A stretch of DNA of 51,385 nt, filler included, from Bipalium vagum (lineage: Eukaryota): assembly GCA_037834085.1 (NCBI GenBank). It is 3 parts of 3 records of this genome, joined end to end, with 100 filler letters (N's around TTAATTAATTAA, not from the genome) between each part and the next. Parts side by side here need not be neighbours in the genome. Positions count along the whole stretch, not along the records: positions 35,374 to 51,385 come from JBBMKC010132382.1; 2 more parts are not named here. The stretch is one strand, 5' to 3'. A program made the translations under genes and the position numbers. The notes under the pieces are model-generated. The model worked only from the letters and a program-made list of their open reading frames with translations. It was not told the DNA's origin and made no database searches. Below are positions 38,536-51,385 of the stretch, in pieces. The number at the start of each line of letters is the position of its first letter. Position 1 is the first letter of the stretch.

Positions 38536-40719
38536 TTCTAACTTTTTTGTTCTTCAGTTTGCACACCTTCGGTGTTTACAGCTGCGCTGTGATTGCAAAT
38601 TGATCTTTTTTTCATTAATTATTTTCTTGGAGAGATAATATTTTTCTTCATTAAATGTAAAATATTTTGGTTTTCCTACTTCTATATTTTCAAGCTTATC
38701 CTCAGTAATTTCTTTATTCATTTTTTAAGAAAAAATTTGAAAAAGAAAATCAAATGTTAGAATTTCAAAAATTAGTATTTTCAATTTTTTTTCAATAAAA
38801 CAAAAAATATATTATCACAATTAGTAACTAATTTATTTTACTAAAAAATTTCAAAAATTCATGAAAATTAATGTTTAATAAAATAGTACAGAGTCCGTAC
38901 TTTTCTTAAAATAGATTGTAGCTAATCAAATTACCAATTCCATAATAGCCTTCCATACATTTTTATCAATTTCAAACCATATAAGATTTGATAAAGAATT
39001 TTCTAAGAAATAATGTTTATGAATTTTAAAATACATAAAAAATTTATAAAAATTGAAAAATGTAAAATCATTAAAATATAACTATTATAATTTTCAATGA
39101 TCATAAAATTCAACTTGATTTCATGAAAGTTTATCGTAAATTCAAAAAATCATAACTTCTTAAAAATTATAAAATTGAGATCATAGTATTTGATAAAATT
39201 CTCTTCAACTAAAATTTCCAATTTTGAAAAATCTTCAAATTTATTCAAAAATTCCTGTGATGTACTTTTGCTAAAATGTATTTCTTTAATAAATAATAAA
39301 ACTTAAAATATTACCATTCATTCATTTCATAAAATCATAATTTCTTAAATGGCTTTTTGATTTAATTTTCATTTAGTATTTTTCTTGAAAACTTAAAATT
39401 GATGAGTATTTATTATTATTTTATTTTTGAAATTATGGATATATTAGAAGATTTATACAAGAAGCTTGAGGATACAATCAAACTTATTAAAAGCAAAAAA
39501 TCCAATATTTCCAATAAAAAGAAAATAAGAAAACCACAGGAAGAAATTTTGAAAATAGAACGAAGATTACGAAAATTGAAAGCGAAAAGAATAGAAATTA
39601 AAAATGAAATCAAGAATAAGGAAGAAAATCTAATGATTTAACTGAACGATTTAGAATGGGTATTCTAGTTTTTAAATATAGCTTTTTCTGATATGATTTC
39701 AATTATTTTTTTGTTTCAATTATTTAGTTTATTTCAATTATTTCTTATTTATTTTTTTGTTGCTATCAGAAACCATTTATTGGGTTTTATAAACTAAAAT
39801 TTAAACAAAAACGTTCACGATATTTTGAAGTTAACAAAATATGAAAAATCGTAAACCTTGTTTGTTTTACTTTTATGAACGCAGCAAGCGTTAAGCGAAA
39901 GAGTTAAGCAGAGGTTAAAGAAAGCATTAAAATATAGATTGATAAAATGTCCTTGAAAAAAAATTATTTTGATTATCTTAAACAAAATGAAAAATATATG
40001 AACTGATAAATAGTTCGAAATATGTTTCATAAATTACTTTTTATTCTCAAGTTAAATATTAAAAAATATATAAATTAAATTATATAAATATTAATTAAAT
40101 TTTATATCATTCATTTTTAAAAACTACATTTTGTAATTTTTCATAAAACCTACCTAATATTTTTTCTTCATTTTTATTAATAATTCCATAAACAATTGAA
40201 TTAGTAAAATAAATTTCATTGATAATAAAAATTTTATTTCATATGTTTCAAAGCTGCTTGATTAACTCGATTTATTGGAATAGAATCAGTTTTTGGAATT
40301 GTGAGAATTGATAAATCGTGATTGTCTTCAAATTTTCTACTATTTCATTATAGTTTTCTAAACGTTTGTCAACATTTGTTCCAGACAGAATATCTTGAAT
40401 ATTTCTATTCAAGCTGGACTATATCTTAAACTATCATTGAAATTGATTAGATTTCTCAAGCCCATCTTCGTTTAGTATTTGAACCTGGATATTCTTATTA
40501 TGAACAAAGGAGCTTGGCTGTGAATTGTTCAATTCTTGTTTGTTATTACTTTCGAGATCAGTCATTACTTGATATCCTTCAAAAGATTTCTCAATTGAAG
40601 TAGTACAACAAGACTCTACATTTATTAATACATAGTTTTTCTGTTTCTGTTGATTATCTAAATTTTAAAACTTAATATTAATTTTTTATTAGTATTAAAT
40701 TACTATTAATATAACTGCA

Positions 40720-41330
40720 ACGCTTTTAAAAAATCTTCCCATAAATCTTTCTTATGTTTCCTTCTCCAGATACATTCTGATAAATGCCCCTCAATCTTTA
40801 TTCTTGGTCTTATTTGCATTTTGAGACCATTCCACATGCTTCTATGGTATTGACACTAGTAACAAGAGTTTTATATGTTACTGATTGGTTAACTGTTCCA
40901 TGTCCATACCCATGTTTGCTAAATCCATTTTATGCTTTCCACATGTCAGTATAAATGATAGATCCTGGTTCGACATGTTTTGTGATTACTTCCAATAAAG
41001 TATTCGAGGATCGGTCTGGTACCTTTGTTAAAAATATTTTTTTTACCTGTTTTTTCAATACCACTGAGTACCCATGCGCCTTCAACGTGATGTCATCGAT
41101 GATATTTTCTTTTCCCCATTTTTGTCTCATCTATTTCTACTATTATCCCTTCACCCCCAATGATAGTATTTTCGAAATCCAATGAGTTGCATATTTTTGT
41201 TCGAAATAAATTTTGAAAATGGAAAACGGTTTTGGACTTGTTTTCGTGCAATTTTTAATGGATACTGCTGGCATTTTACTAATGAGTTTAAAAACAATAT
41301 TTATTATATAATAAAAATGAAGATGTAGTG
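40720..41330 (-). mobile_element. Merlin (IS1595/ISXO2-like) transposase relic
   Basis: VPDRSSNTLLEVITKHVEPGSIIYTDMWKA, HGYGHGTVN, NTIE, HLSECIWRR. Confidence 0.9.
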
Positions 41331-41419
41331 TAGATGATATTTAAAGTTAATTGAATAAATGATGATTATTTTTCGATTATTTTTCTTTTAGAAACGAGCT
41401 GCTCCTAAACTAATTTCCT

Positions 41420-41860
41420 TATGTGCTCTGACCATATTTCTTATCGCCAAATGCACGGTCTGCCAGTATTCATAACTGGTAGGTAAATTCACCAATCATC
41501 TCACCTCTTTTCTGTTTCTTCTGTTAGAACATCTGTCTGTTCAGACTTCCCAGATTACTTGGAATCAGTCGATTAGCTAATTCTGCTAGTAACTGCCCAT
41601 GTAATATTAGGTTTCACTTCTATATCCTTGTATGCACTACTGGCTGTACCTTTCAAATAAATGAGCAACAGCTGAATCATTCTGGCATCATTGAACCGAA
41701 GACTTCAGCCATTCGTTTTTACTCTGCCATGAAATCAGCGAACTGTTAGTTCATAATTTAAATCTTTTATGGGCAATCTATAATAAGATTCCCTTTTAAG
41801 CAACTCTTTTCATCTCCTTAATCTCCTCTACCATTCTCTTATTCCTTCTTATAGTTACCG
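41420..41860 (-). mobile_element. Ty3/gypsy gag relic
   Basis: Hand translation: RMIQLLLIYLKGTA...ITW...LANRL...KQKRGEMIGEFTYQL*ILADRAF (retrotransposon gag motif). Confidence 0.72.
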
Positions 41861-42047
41861 TTTAAACTACATACTTATCAAAAACTTTACGCACACAGGC
41901 TAACTAGCCTTTAATTACAATAGATAGTTCTTAAAGCCTTAAATAAAATTTAGCCATAAGGGCCTCAAAATTTCGCGCACAGCTCCCTCAACTTTTATAA
42001 AATTCTGCCTCAGAGGCTCACAAATTCTCTCTCTATCCCACGTATAG

Positions 42048-42400
42048 CACGTCGGGCTCATAAATTATACATGTATGTTGGCGCAAGTCTTCCATTGTGT
42101 ATCAAACCTACCTGAGGTTGTTATGGGCTACTCAAGCTCGTAAAAAAAACAACCTAATAACTTTAACTAAATTGAGGGTCAGACCATTTTATTACCACCA
42201 AACACTTAACAAGCATACAAGAAAACCATGGTCGGCCAAAATAAAATTACAAAAATTACCAAACATAATCATTTATTCTTGGCAATTTTTTGGATGAAAA
42301 ATAATGATTTTACCCTGGCTTATATACTAATTTTGATTGTAATTTGACGTCTCCAGTTAGACAGTTAAGCTGTCAATCATGATGTACTTTAAATAAATAT
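42048..42400 (-). mobile_element. probable 5' LTR and degenerate PBS upstream of the gag relic
   Basis: TATATAA at about 42325, AATAAA, LTR end ...CCAACA at 42076, then TGAGCCCGACGTG resembling a tRNA-Lys PBS (TGGCGCCCAACGTG). The LTR start could not be defined. Confidence 0.5.
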
Positions 42401-44749
42401 TTACAAAAATAGATTTAATTTCTAAAATTTTTATGATGTAAATTATTGTATTTAAAGACAGCATGCTACTGATTAAAAATCAGTAGCTGCTCTTAAACTA
42501 TTATTTTTGATGCGAAAACCTTTTGTAGAATATCTTCTTCAGTTTTCTTAGCAAACTTTTCAAATTTAGTTATCCATCTCTTGAAAAAGGTTTTTTCTTC
42601 TGTAATTACGAGAATTTCATTTTCTTTCTCCCTCGTAATCTCTTTCAGGGAGACCATTTCAATGTCTTCTTCATTCTTTAAATTAAACTCTTTTTCATGT
42701 TTATGACATATAGATGTTAACACTTCGGCACAAAACTAGCGAGAAATATATTATTTTCAAGATAATAATTTCGAACAAAAAAAAATATGAATAAAGTTTG
42801 ATCATAATTTCATCGATTTATTTATTTTAATTAAAAATACTTACAGATTAAATATAAAAAATACTATTGTTAATCTAATAATGAAATTGCAATTTGTTGA
42901 TTTCTTATGTTATTAACTCCCAGCGATTCCTTCGATTAAGGATTCTGCTAGCCTTTGAAATCATGTTTGTATCAAGTGAGTTTGTCAAGAATGATTTTAA
43001 CACTTTTTTGAGTTATCAGAAAGTAAATTTAGAGAAGCATGGTTCAAATTTCAAAAGTAATAAGTAATAATTTATGACTTTTTCTAATATATTGATTTAT
43101 ATAAATAATTATATAACATAAATTATTGATTTTTTCTAAAACGGATATAAAAGGGGAAAAGCTACTAACATTAAGTAATTAGTATGCTCTCATTTTCTAA
43201 ATAAGTTAATTTATGAAAAAGATTCGATGTATGTCTTCGTAATTTATAAGGATCTCACAGTTCTTAAGTTTTTATTTAATAATTTCGGTATAGATTATTA
43301 ACCAAACTTGCTTATGTGACTCCTCACTATTTGTTACATTATCCTTAACTATCATATTCAGTAAAGAAGCCAACACTGCATCAAAATCACGAAAGTGTAT
43401 TATTATTAAGAATTTTCTGACTAAAATCAATTATATAAAGTTTTTAGGCTTTCTATATTAAATATGCTTTTCGAAGAGTTGTAGTAATGAGAAAAAACAA
43501 TAAAAGTTAACTTAATTTAAGCCAATGTATTAAAAATTTTATTTTCCTTAATGGATCAGACGTCTGGTGGGATTTGGAACCGTAATTAGTGATACGAAAT
43601 TTAAAAAATTATCAGCAATTATTACAATATATTTCACAATAAAAATAAAAGATTAACAAACTTTCAGACTCAACACAAAGAAATAAATTATTAAAAATAA
43701 ATAAAGAATGAGGTTGCGGTTTATATAAATATATATATTTTATGACTCGAAATATGATACGTTTTCTAAACTCTTTTAGTTACTTTTATTTTAATTAAAG
43801 ATATTTTTGCGACTAATGGTAGTCTAGTTAAGCCCCCAGGAAAGCTACGAGTCATCTTATAGTATGAGACTTTAAACTAAGAACAAGATGGAATTTTATA
43901 TAATTCTCAATTTGGCAAAGAAAGAAAAAAGTATTTATTTATATTATTTAAAGTGAAAATTAATATGTAGCTCCGGTTAAATTCTAATGTTTGCTTGAGT
44001 GTTTTGAGTTGCTTTAATTTTTAACTTTTCTTATATTATAACTGGATTTAGTTGCAGGACTTGGCGCCCCCACACTTATAGTCATTTTGGAAAAAACTCT
44101 ACTTTACCGGAATGTTTTTTAAAAAATTGTGTTTTTGGTTAAATAATCTAATTTTAAAAACAAAAAATTTAAAAATTACAAATTTATTTCAAAGACACAA
44201 AATATTCATTTTGATAATCAAATTGTATTTAACAAAAATTATCCTTCATGTTTACTTACCCTCATCTTTATCATCATTCTCAAAAATTCTTCAGACTGTT
44301 CAAATTCAAGAATATGCCGCGCTACTGAAACATATTTCGATTAAATTTAATTTGATTCAATGCTATTAGTGTGAAAAGCCTTTTTCAAATCCTAGAAATT
44401 AATTGTGGAATGGTTAAACTTTAAATAAATAAAGAAATATTCTCTATTCTCAATCAAGAAATTATATGACTTCCGGTAGTCAGATATAATTGTTAGTAAT
44501 TATTGGTAGTAATGCATTTTTTTGTATAAAGTATTTAAAATTATAAAATCAAAAACTATAATCTGTCTTCTACATTGACCATGAATATACACTACTTTCG
44601 TGTTCTAAAGCACCTAAAATTCATGTCCTTTCAGCAGAGTGACCACGGCGAGATTTGTGGTTTTATAATTTAATGCAAAATATTAGATAAAAATAAAATT
44701 AATGCGAAAATTTTATATTCAATAATTTCACTTGGATTAGTAATTCACG

Positions 44750-45680
44750 AGGCTTATTGAAGGGTGCTGGTAATTTATGCAGTAACGGGCTATTCTCAGT
44801 CTGCAGATTTGTCAAAATTTTTCGACATCGATAGCTGCTGAAGGAAAAATTGTACGAGTGTTGGTGAAATAACACAGAGTTAAAAGATACTCGATCTGGT
44901 TTACCACTATTTTTTTTCCTTTAACTGCGTCTTTGAAAACTACATTCCTCGGGTTTATATAAACCATTTTGGAAAGTGGCATTCGTGATGTCTGTTTGTT
45001 CGAAATTGGATTTGAAACGTCTTCTGAGAGATACAATATTTTCGAAAATATCCTTGCCATCATATCCCAAAACATGTATGGCAAGCGAAACCTGTTTCCT
45101 AATCTGAGTGCCAGGTTTAAATGTGATTACATTGGCGAAGACTGCGTTCCGATGAAGATGATAAGAGTATCCAAGTTTTTTAGGAGTAGGAGAGAAATAG
45201 CTATTTCCGGCTCTCAGGGAGGGATATTGTATTAAATACGTGTACATGTATGGTTTCTTTGGGGTAAATGTTAATTTTATAATGCGGTATAACTTCATGG
45301 AGGTAAAAATATTTTGGGTTGACAACTCTGTGTATGTAGAAACTTCTGAAGCCTGTAGAGAAGAATTTTCAGGCGTTTGGTATTTCTTTTGTGTCAAAAC
45401 TCACATCGTTAAAGGGTATTAGGCCTTGTTGTGCCTTCAAATATTTGATCGATTCAATGAAGGGAAATTTATTAAATTGCTGTACGTGAATAACAGCATC
45501 TGGGGATACATTAATCATATATTGACTAAGAAATTGTGTATGAGGGAACGTTGGACTATATTGACGAACAGATTAGCTTATGAGTTGATTTGATTGGTTG
45601 ATAGGACGCGCTCGGTATATGAATCCATGAGAAGTTTTCTGTTTTGAATATAAATAAAACTAAAAAGAACACCATTCTAT
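44750..45680 (-). pseudogene. unidentified decayed coding sequence
   Basis: GC-richer block of about 0.9 kb with long overlapping open frames broken by stops and frameshifts; hydrophobic start MVFFLVLFIF. Confidence 0.45.
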
Positions 45681-45879
45681 CAATTTTAGTTAATATATGT
45701 GTGTTGCTGATGAGAAGCAATACGTTAAAGCAAGTGCATTTTATCAAGATCCCTGCGTTTAACTGTAGTTGGTATTATACAGTTAAAACTTATTAGTTTT
45801 AATAAAATCAATTTAAATATATTTGAAAATCTTAATTAAAATGTACAGTTTTCGATGAGTCTATTCATGAGTTTCTAGC

Positions 45880-46260
45880 TAATTGAACTTCCACATCAAA
45901 TCCATATTTGAGGAAATATTTCATTGAGAAATTGATGTACTGCTATACTCTAATGTGGAGGTTCTTCATCTTGTTGGAAAAATGAATTTCTCAGAATTCT
46001 ATGGCTTTTAAAAGTACGTACAAAATAATCTTTGAGCATCTGTAAATAATTTTCTGATTTCAGTGTCCGATTCAAAAAAATAGAAACTAATTAATTTTTT
46101 GGAAGACATTGCTATCCAAATATTGAATTTTGCTGATATTCTTGGAATTTAAACAATATTTCCCGGATCTGATTTTGTGATATGATATTACCAAACACAC
46201 AAAAGTTCTATGTTGTCCACATTCTGAAATTTATTAAAACGCCTTTATCAAAAACAAATA
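45880..46260 (-). mobile_element. Tc1-like transposase catalytic-domain relic
   Basis: KFNIWIAMS, SENYLQMLKDY, FFQQDEEPPH, FLNEIFPQIWI. Confidence 0.82.
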
Positions 46261-46438
46261 ATCAATTTTTTAAACTTAAACTAAATAAAAATTCAATATT
46301 CAAATTACTATTATACATGAACCATTTATTTTAAACATTTTTATTTTGGAAGTAATAATAAAAATAAATTATTAATAAATCCTCTATTTAATACATTTAT
46401 ATTTAGATAATAATTTGATATTTCTTATTGAAGTCCTA

Positions 46439-47508
46439 ATGGAAAAAAGTATTAAAATTACTAACGTGAGACACTGTTCTTTGAGTATGACCAAGGTATC
46501 AAAGCAAAAGAGGCCTCATTAAACATTCAAAAAATATATTTTCATGAAAGACTCTTTTTTAGGCGATACAAAATAGGGTTTAGAAAATTTAAAGATAGTA
46601 ACATAAGTCTTTAAGAATTTCCGAGAATAGACGTCCATTCGTTGTCGACGTTGATAAGCTAAAGCGATTGATTGATAAGAACTCGAAAAACATACTGAAA
46701 AATTCGCCACAATTTTTTATCATGTGAAGATAATAAAAATTCAATTACATGAAGTTATCAAATCATATAATGATGGGAACCATATGCTTTTTCAGACAAA
46801 CAACAATCTATACGGGTTTACAATTTGTAATGTAAACCTCAAAACATGATCGAGATCCATTTTCGAAGAATTGTGAGCTCCGATGAAAAGTGGGTTGAAT
46901 ACACTATTCCTGATCATCGCTAACAATGGTTATCGGCTGGACAACATCCACTTCCGACCAAAACTAGACTTATTCTGAAAAAAGGTTCTGTTGCCTGTTT
47001 GGTGGGATTGCTTAGGAGTCATTTATTGGGAATTCTTTAAAAATGGTGAAACTATTGATTCTAAACAATTAGACAATCTACATTGCACTCTTCAAGAAAT
47101 AATGTCCAATTTTGTTAGCAGAAAAGGGGTTATTCTTCAGCATGATAATGCTAAATCACATGCATCAAAAATGACACAAAAGAAATTAAGAAAAATGAAT
47201 TATGAAGTCTTTCTATATCCATCATGTCGACCAGATATCGGGGCTGCAGATTACTATCTGTTCCGCTCAATTATTCTCTTTCTTAAAGGAAAAAAAGGAA
47301 AACATGGACGAAATAAGAAATGACTTACAAAGGTATTTTGATAAAAAACTGAATTTCATTCCGATGGCATTCATTCTTTTGTACACAGATAGCAGTGATT
47401 AGTTTACATTGAAGGAGAATATTTAATCAATTAATGTTTTTATGTTAATAATAAAATTTATTTTGAAGTTTTTTTGATTAGGGTCTCAAAATTAAATTGC
47501 ATCCCTAA
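46439..47508 (+). mobile_element. near full-length decayed mariner
   Basis: FEYDQGIKAKEA, SDEKWV, VWWDCLGVIYWE, LQHDNAKSH, RPDIGAADYYLF; right TIR ending CCTAA|TA. Confidence 0.92.
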
Positions 47509-48259
47509 TAAAATAATATAATCTTATTTGTTTTTTAGATAAGGTTAAATTTAACTAACACATTAATTTTGAGATTCTGTATTCAAAAGCTTCAGAATAA
47601 TCTTAATAACTTCTTTTCTGCAATAGTTTTTGTATTTATAGAAAAAAAATCTAGGAATTATTTTCTTAAAGATGGATTCTTAATCTATTTATTATAAAAT
47701 TTGATTAAGTATCTATTAAATATTTTACACCAGGGCAATTTAAAGAGGAAAGTCTGTGTTTGTCTAGTGGGTCAGGGGTTTTTATGTCATTCCGAATTAA
47801 TTAACTCTAGTTTAACATAATATTTAATATATAAAACTGACTTTGTATTTATATTAAAAAATTATATATTAAAAATAAAATATTAATATACAGAAAAACG
47901 ACTTTCAAATAAATGTGATTTGTCAATAATAAAAATATTATGGTAACGCAAAGTATAATTTACTCTAAAATAAAAATATTTTCAATGAAGTGTTGACAGA
48001 AATTATCATTATAAAAAAATAAATGTTTCCTTAATTTGAAAAATTAAATTATAGATAATCTCTTTTTTATATCACAAATATCTATATTAAGCAATTTATT
48101 AAAAAATTAGCAGACACAACTCAAAAGTAATATATTTTTATTTAACGACAAGGTAAACATACAGAATTATCTCATACAGAGTTACAGTAAAATGCGGAGA
48201 CATGCAAAATATCTATATAAATCGCATGAATTTGATGGAAAGTAATTCAAATTATATGC

Positions 48260-48600
48260 AATTTTCTTAATAACTACCATGAACATTTATATAGAGGTTT
48301 AAACGATTAATACAACTTTCAGCTGCTGTTCAGCAATTATAAAAACATTTCATCCCAAGACTTGGTTATGACAGTGCGTAAGGTGTTCAAATTTTGACTT
48401 GCTCCAAAGAAAGCTATACTCTCCAAATATCCCCAAACAAAACAGTCCATGGAATTTAAACATGGTGAATATGGAGGTCATTTTGCGGAGTTGATGATAT
48501 CAGGAAATTGCTCATGAATATACTTTTTCGTCACGTTTGTTCTATGGGTGCGCGCCGATTCTTACTGAAATATATATAATAATATATAAAAGAATGTCAA
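48260..48600 (-). mobile_element. Tc1/maT-like transposase C-terminal relic
   Basis: GAHP (GAPxH-like), then *PPYSPCLNSMDCFVWGYLE (WPPxSPDLNPxD-like). Confidence 0.82.
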
Positions 48601-50870
48601 ATATTGTCTTTGTCAGACACAAATTCAGTGATTCTGAAACACTAAGGTGACATAATAAGACAATAAGCCTTATTTTTCTCAACACAATATTTACACAATA
48701 AATGTCAATAATGCTCTCAACTACACCACGGTTAATCCAGAAATCAGAGCGAACTCCAACTTCATACCAAAATTGCTCTATATCAAGCAAATATTTGTCA
48801 TATATCTGTCAATTTGTCTTGCTCAAGACACGACAAAACTCTTGATGCATTCTACTTTGATTTTTCTATTCAACCAAAAATATAATAAATATTAAACTTA
48901 AAATAATTGAATTTTATGTCGTTAAAAATAAACGATAAAAAAGTTAAATACAGTAAATAATATTTTAAAATGTCAGGGTTTTGATGAATGATTGATGAAT
49001 GTCTGATATAAATATCTGACTTATTAAATTGTTAGTGTACTAATGACTCTAGTAAATTAAAAAAAGACTTTAAAATGTGTATTCACACACTTTACCACAA
49101 TCATGTTTTCTCGCTTGTTAATTAAGTTTATGCCGTGTGTCAGTTATCAGGTGTGATATTATGTTTACGTCTGCTTGTAATTATTTAATATATTGATCAC
49201 AAATTTATTTTTCATTTTATAATATAATTTTTATAATTTTATTTCTTATTTCATTATTGTTTATTTAATGAAAGACCATTGAAAATCTCCAATTTACCTT
49301 TCAGGAATTATAAAATGACTCAAATTTTTAAGTAAATAAGCAAGGTCGTGATTTAAAATTTATATTTGTATTATAACTATAAATTACTTTCAAACAATGA
49401 AATAAATTTTTAGAATCTTATTGATCAAGGATGTTATAAAAAGGGCTCAGGATAAAATACAGATTTCAACCTTGTAATGTTGAGATCTATGGATTATTTC
49501 AAGATATTTATTGAAAAGATTATTTGATCCTTGAGTTGGTATAGTCAAAGACCTCTCGGGTTTTTAATTAATTTAATTATCTAATAAATAAGAAAATTCT
49601 TATTTACGATTAGTACAATGATAATTAATTATGTAAACTCTAATTTAGTTAATTACAGTAATACAAATAATTATTTACAATATTGTTAAGTTTCGAAAAG
49701 TTTGAATTAACTTGAACACTAAATAATTTTCCAAAACTTAACGTGGCTCGTTGTTTATAAAATTGATCAGAAGGATTTAGAGTGTCTCATTCGGTTTGAA
49801 ATTTTGCAAAATAATGTATGTTTTATTTTTTTAATCGACTAGGTAAATTGCAACAAATTTCGTATGAATGATTTCAAGCGTTAAAAGTTTCGATAGTTTT
49901 TTTTTTTAATCAATTTCAATTCATTCGTAAATAAAATGAATAAAAAGTTCACAAAGTCAAATCAAAAACAAAAATTTTTTATGTTTTAAAACTTTATTTA
50001 AATCTTTTTTGAAAAAATAAACGAAATTTAACTAGTAAATCCCGGAGAAAAATCAGAATGATATTATTTATGCTCTTCGCCATCCTAGCCTCAAGAGCCC
50101 TCAAAAGTGAAAAACGCCTCTTCGCCCTACTTGACGTTGAGAAGGCAAAAAAAAATGATGGGAAGAACAACAAAAATATAGAATTTATTTGATATCTTCG
50201 AAAGTAATTGGGGAACTATTCAATTACTTCGACTTGATTAATTAATTTAATTAGTTTCTAACTTGTAATCAAATTAAACCTTGAATTGTTAAATTTGAAA
50301 TCAAATTGCAGTTCTGAAAATAATAATAAATAAAATGACAATTACTAATTTATTGTAAAACTTGGTATGTTCACTGATTCCTTGTTTTCTGTAGTCAGCA
50401 ACTGATCTCGTTAGAAGTTTGGACGCACGGACGGAGTTTTCGATTTATATTGTGGTGAATTTTTGAGTAATTCCCGTAATTTGATATTCCAAACTTTTTA
50501 ATGAAAATTTGTTCGCAAGTTTCTGAATGACTTTTTCTTGATTCTTTTAACGAGTGCTTTATATTTATATTAAAGTTTTTTAGTTATTTTTTATTTATAG
50601 TAACTTTATACAATAATTAATTTTTTATGGTTTTTCTTGTGACCATTAAATTAATATTAATATCACTTTATTTTTAGTAATAATTTTTATTATTTATTCT
50701 AATTTTAGAATTATTTTTAATTTCTTCATTATTTTTTTATGAATATAATTTATATTTTATTTATTTATTTAATTTTAGATGTCTCTCAGGATTAACCAGT
50801 AATTACAATATATTTTTTATACATTCACTAAAAACTTTCTACTTAATAATATTAGAATTAAAATATCTTA

Positions 50871-50980
50871 TATCATGCAAAAGATTACACAAAGATTGAA
50901 TCAAAAAAAGATTTATCATGCAAAAGATTTCACAAAGATTAAATCAGAAGTAGGTTACGTTATCAAAAGATTATACAAAT
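50871..50980. repeat. about 43-bp imperfect tandem repeat
   Basis: tatcatgcaaaagatt(a/t)cacaaagatt twice plus a degenerate third copy. Confidence 0.75.
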
Positions 50981-51385
50981 ATATAAAAAAAATTGGGTTT
51001 GGTTCATTTTCAAGTTAAATCACACAGAATGTTAAAAAGGGTTCTTTTGATTTCCGTCTCCTAGTAGTTGGCCTTGGAGTCCCCACAATATAAATTAATC
51101 AAAGATATGGCTAGATTAATTGATTGAGATTTTTTGAATTTATGATTATTTGTATTTATCATTTATTGATTGTTATTAATATTGTTAAGATCCTAAGTTG
51201 ATGGCTAAAAAGGGTGATGAAGGTTGGAGCGTAAATGTATCTTAGGTCTCAACGGTTGAAGGTTGCTTGTGGTTGTGTTCGATTAATTGAATGAATTGAG
51301 GAAACGATTTATGGTTTAATACTTTTATTTGAATCGATATTAAAATATACAATGAATGAGACAATTCTGACCGATTTTCTTTTTT

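Noticed and set aside
40230-40660. Minus-strand exon-like open stretch (VESCCTTSIEKSFEG...)
   Set aside because: Interrupted by stops, no family recognised, no clear donor.
1-51385. tRNA, rRNA, snRNA or SL RNA genes and prokaryotic defence systems
   Set aside because: None recognised by eye; no operon-like structure is present.

Overview
Very AT-rich animal (eukaryotic) genomic DNA, not prokaryotic. The 51-58 nt introns, AT content and dense Tc1/mariner load suggest an invertebrate such as a triclad flatworm, but this is inference only. The window is three contigs joined by artificial 100-bp spacers (44 N + TTAATTAATTAA + 44 N), so adjacency across 16862-16961 and 35274-35373 is unproven. 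Host genes, both on the minus strand: (1) a complete 8-exon SHP2/PTPN11/corkscrew-like tyrosine phosphatase at 34132..25008, assembled by hand into 1887 nt / 628 aa with GT-AG junctions and consistent phases; (2) an internal MH1 exon of a Smad4/Medea-like gene at 12577..12319. Nearly everything else is transposon debris: mariner and Tc1-like transposases and MITEs, pogo/Tigger-like MITEs, Merlin, hAT, a NeSL/Utopia-like non-LTR retrotransposon, solo LTRs, a gypsy gag, and a decayed Polinton/adintovirus-type DNA polymerase B with neighbouring virus-like ORFs. I cannot demonstrate an intact new system. The best leads are a solo-LTR family with a conserved internal intron-like module, an LTR promoter fused to the non-LTR element, the Polinton-like relic with C(GNA)G mini-hairpins, natural substitutions at SHP2 autoinhibition hotspots, and an unidentified signal-peptide-bearing relic ORF. 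Boundaries of decayed elements are approximate.
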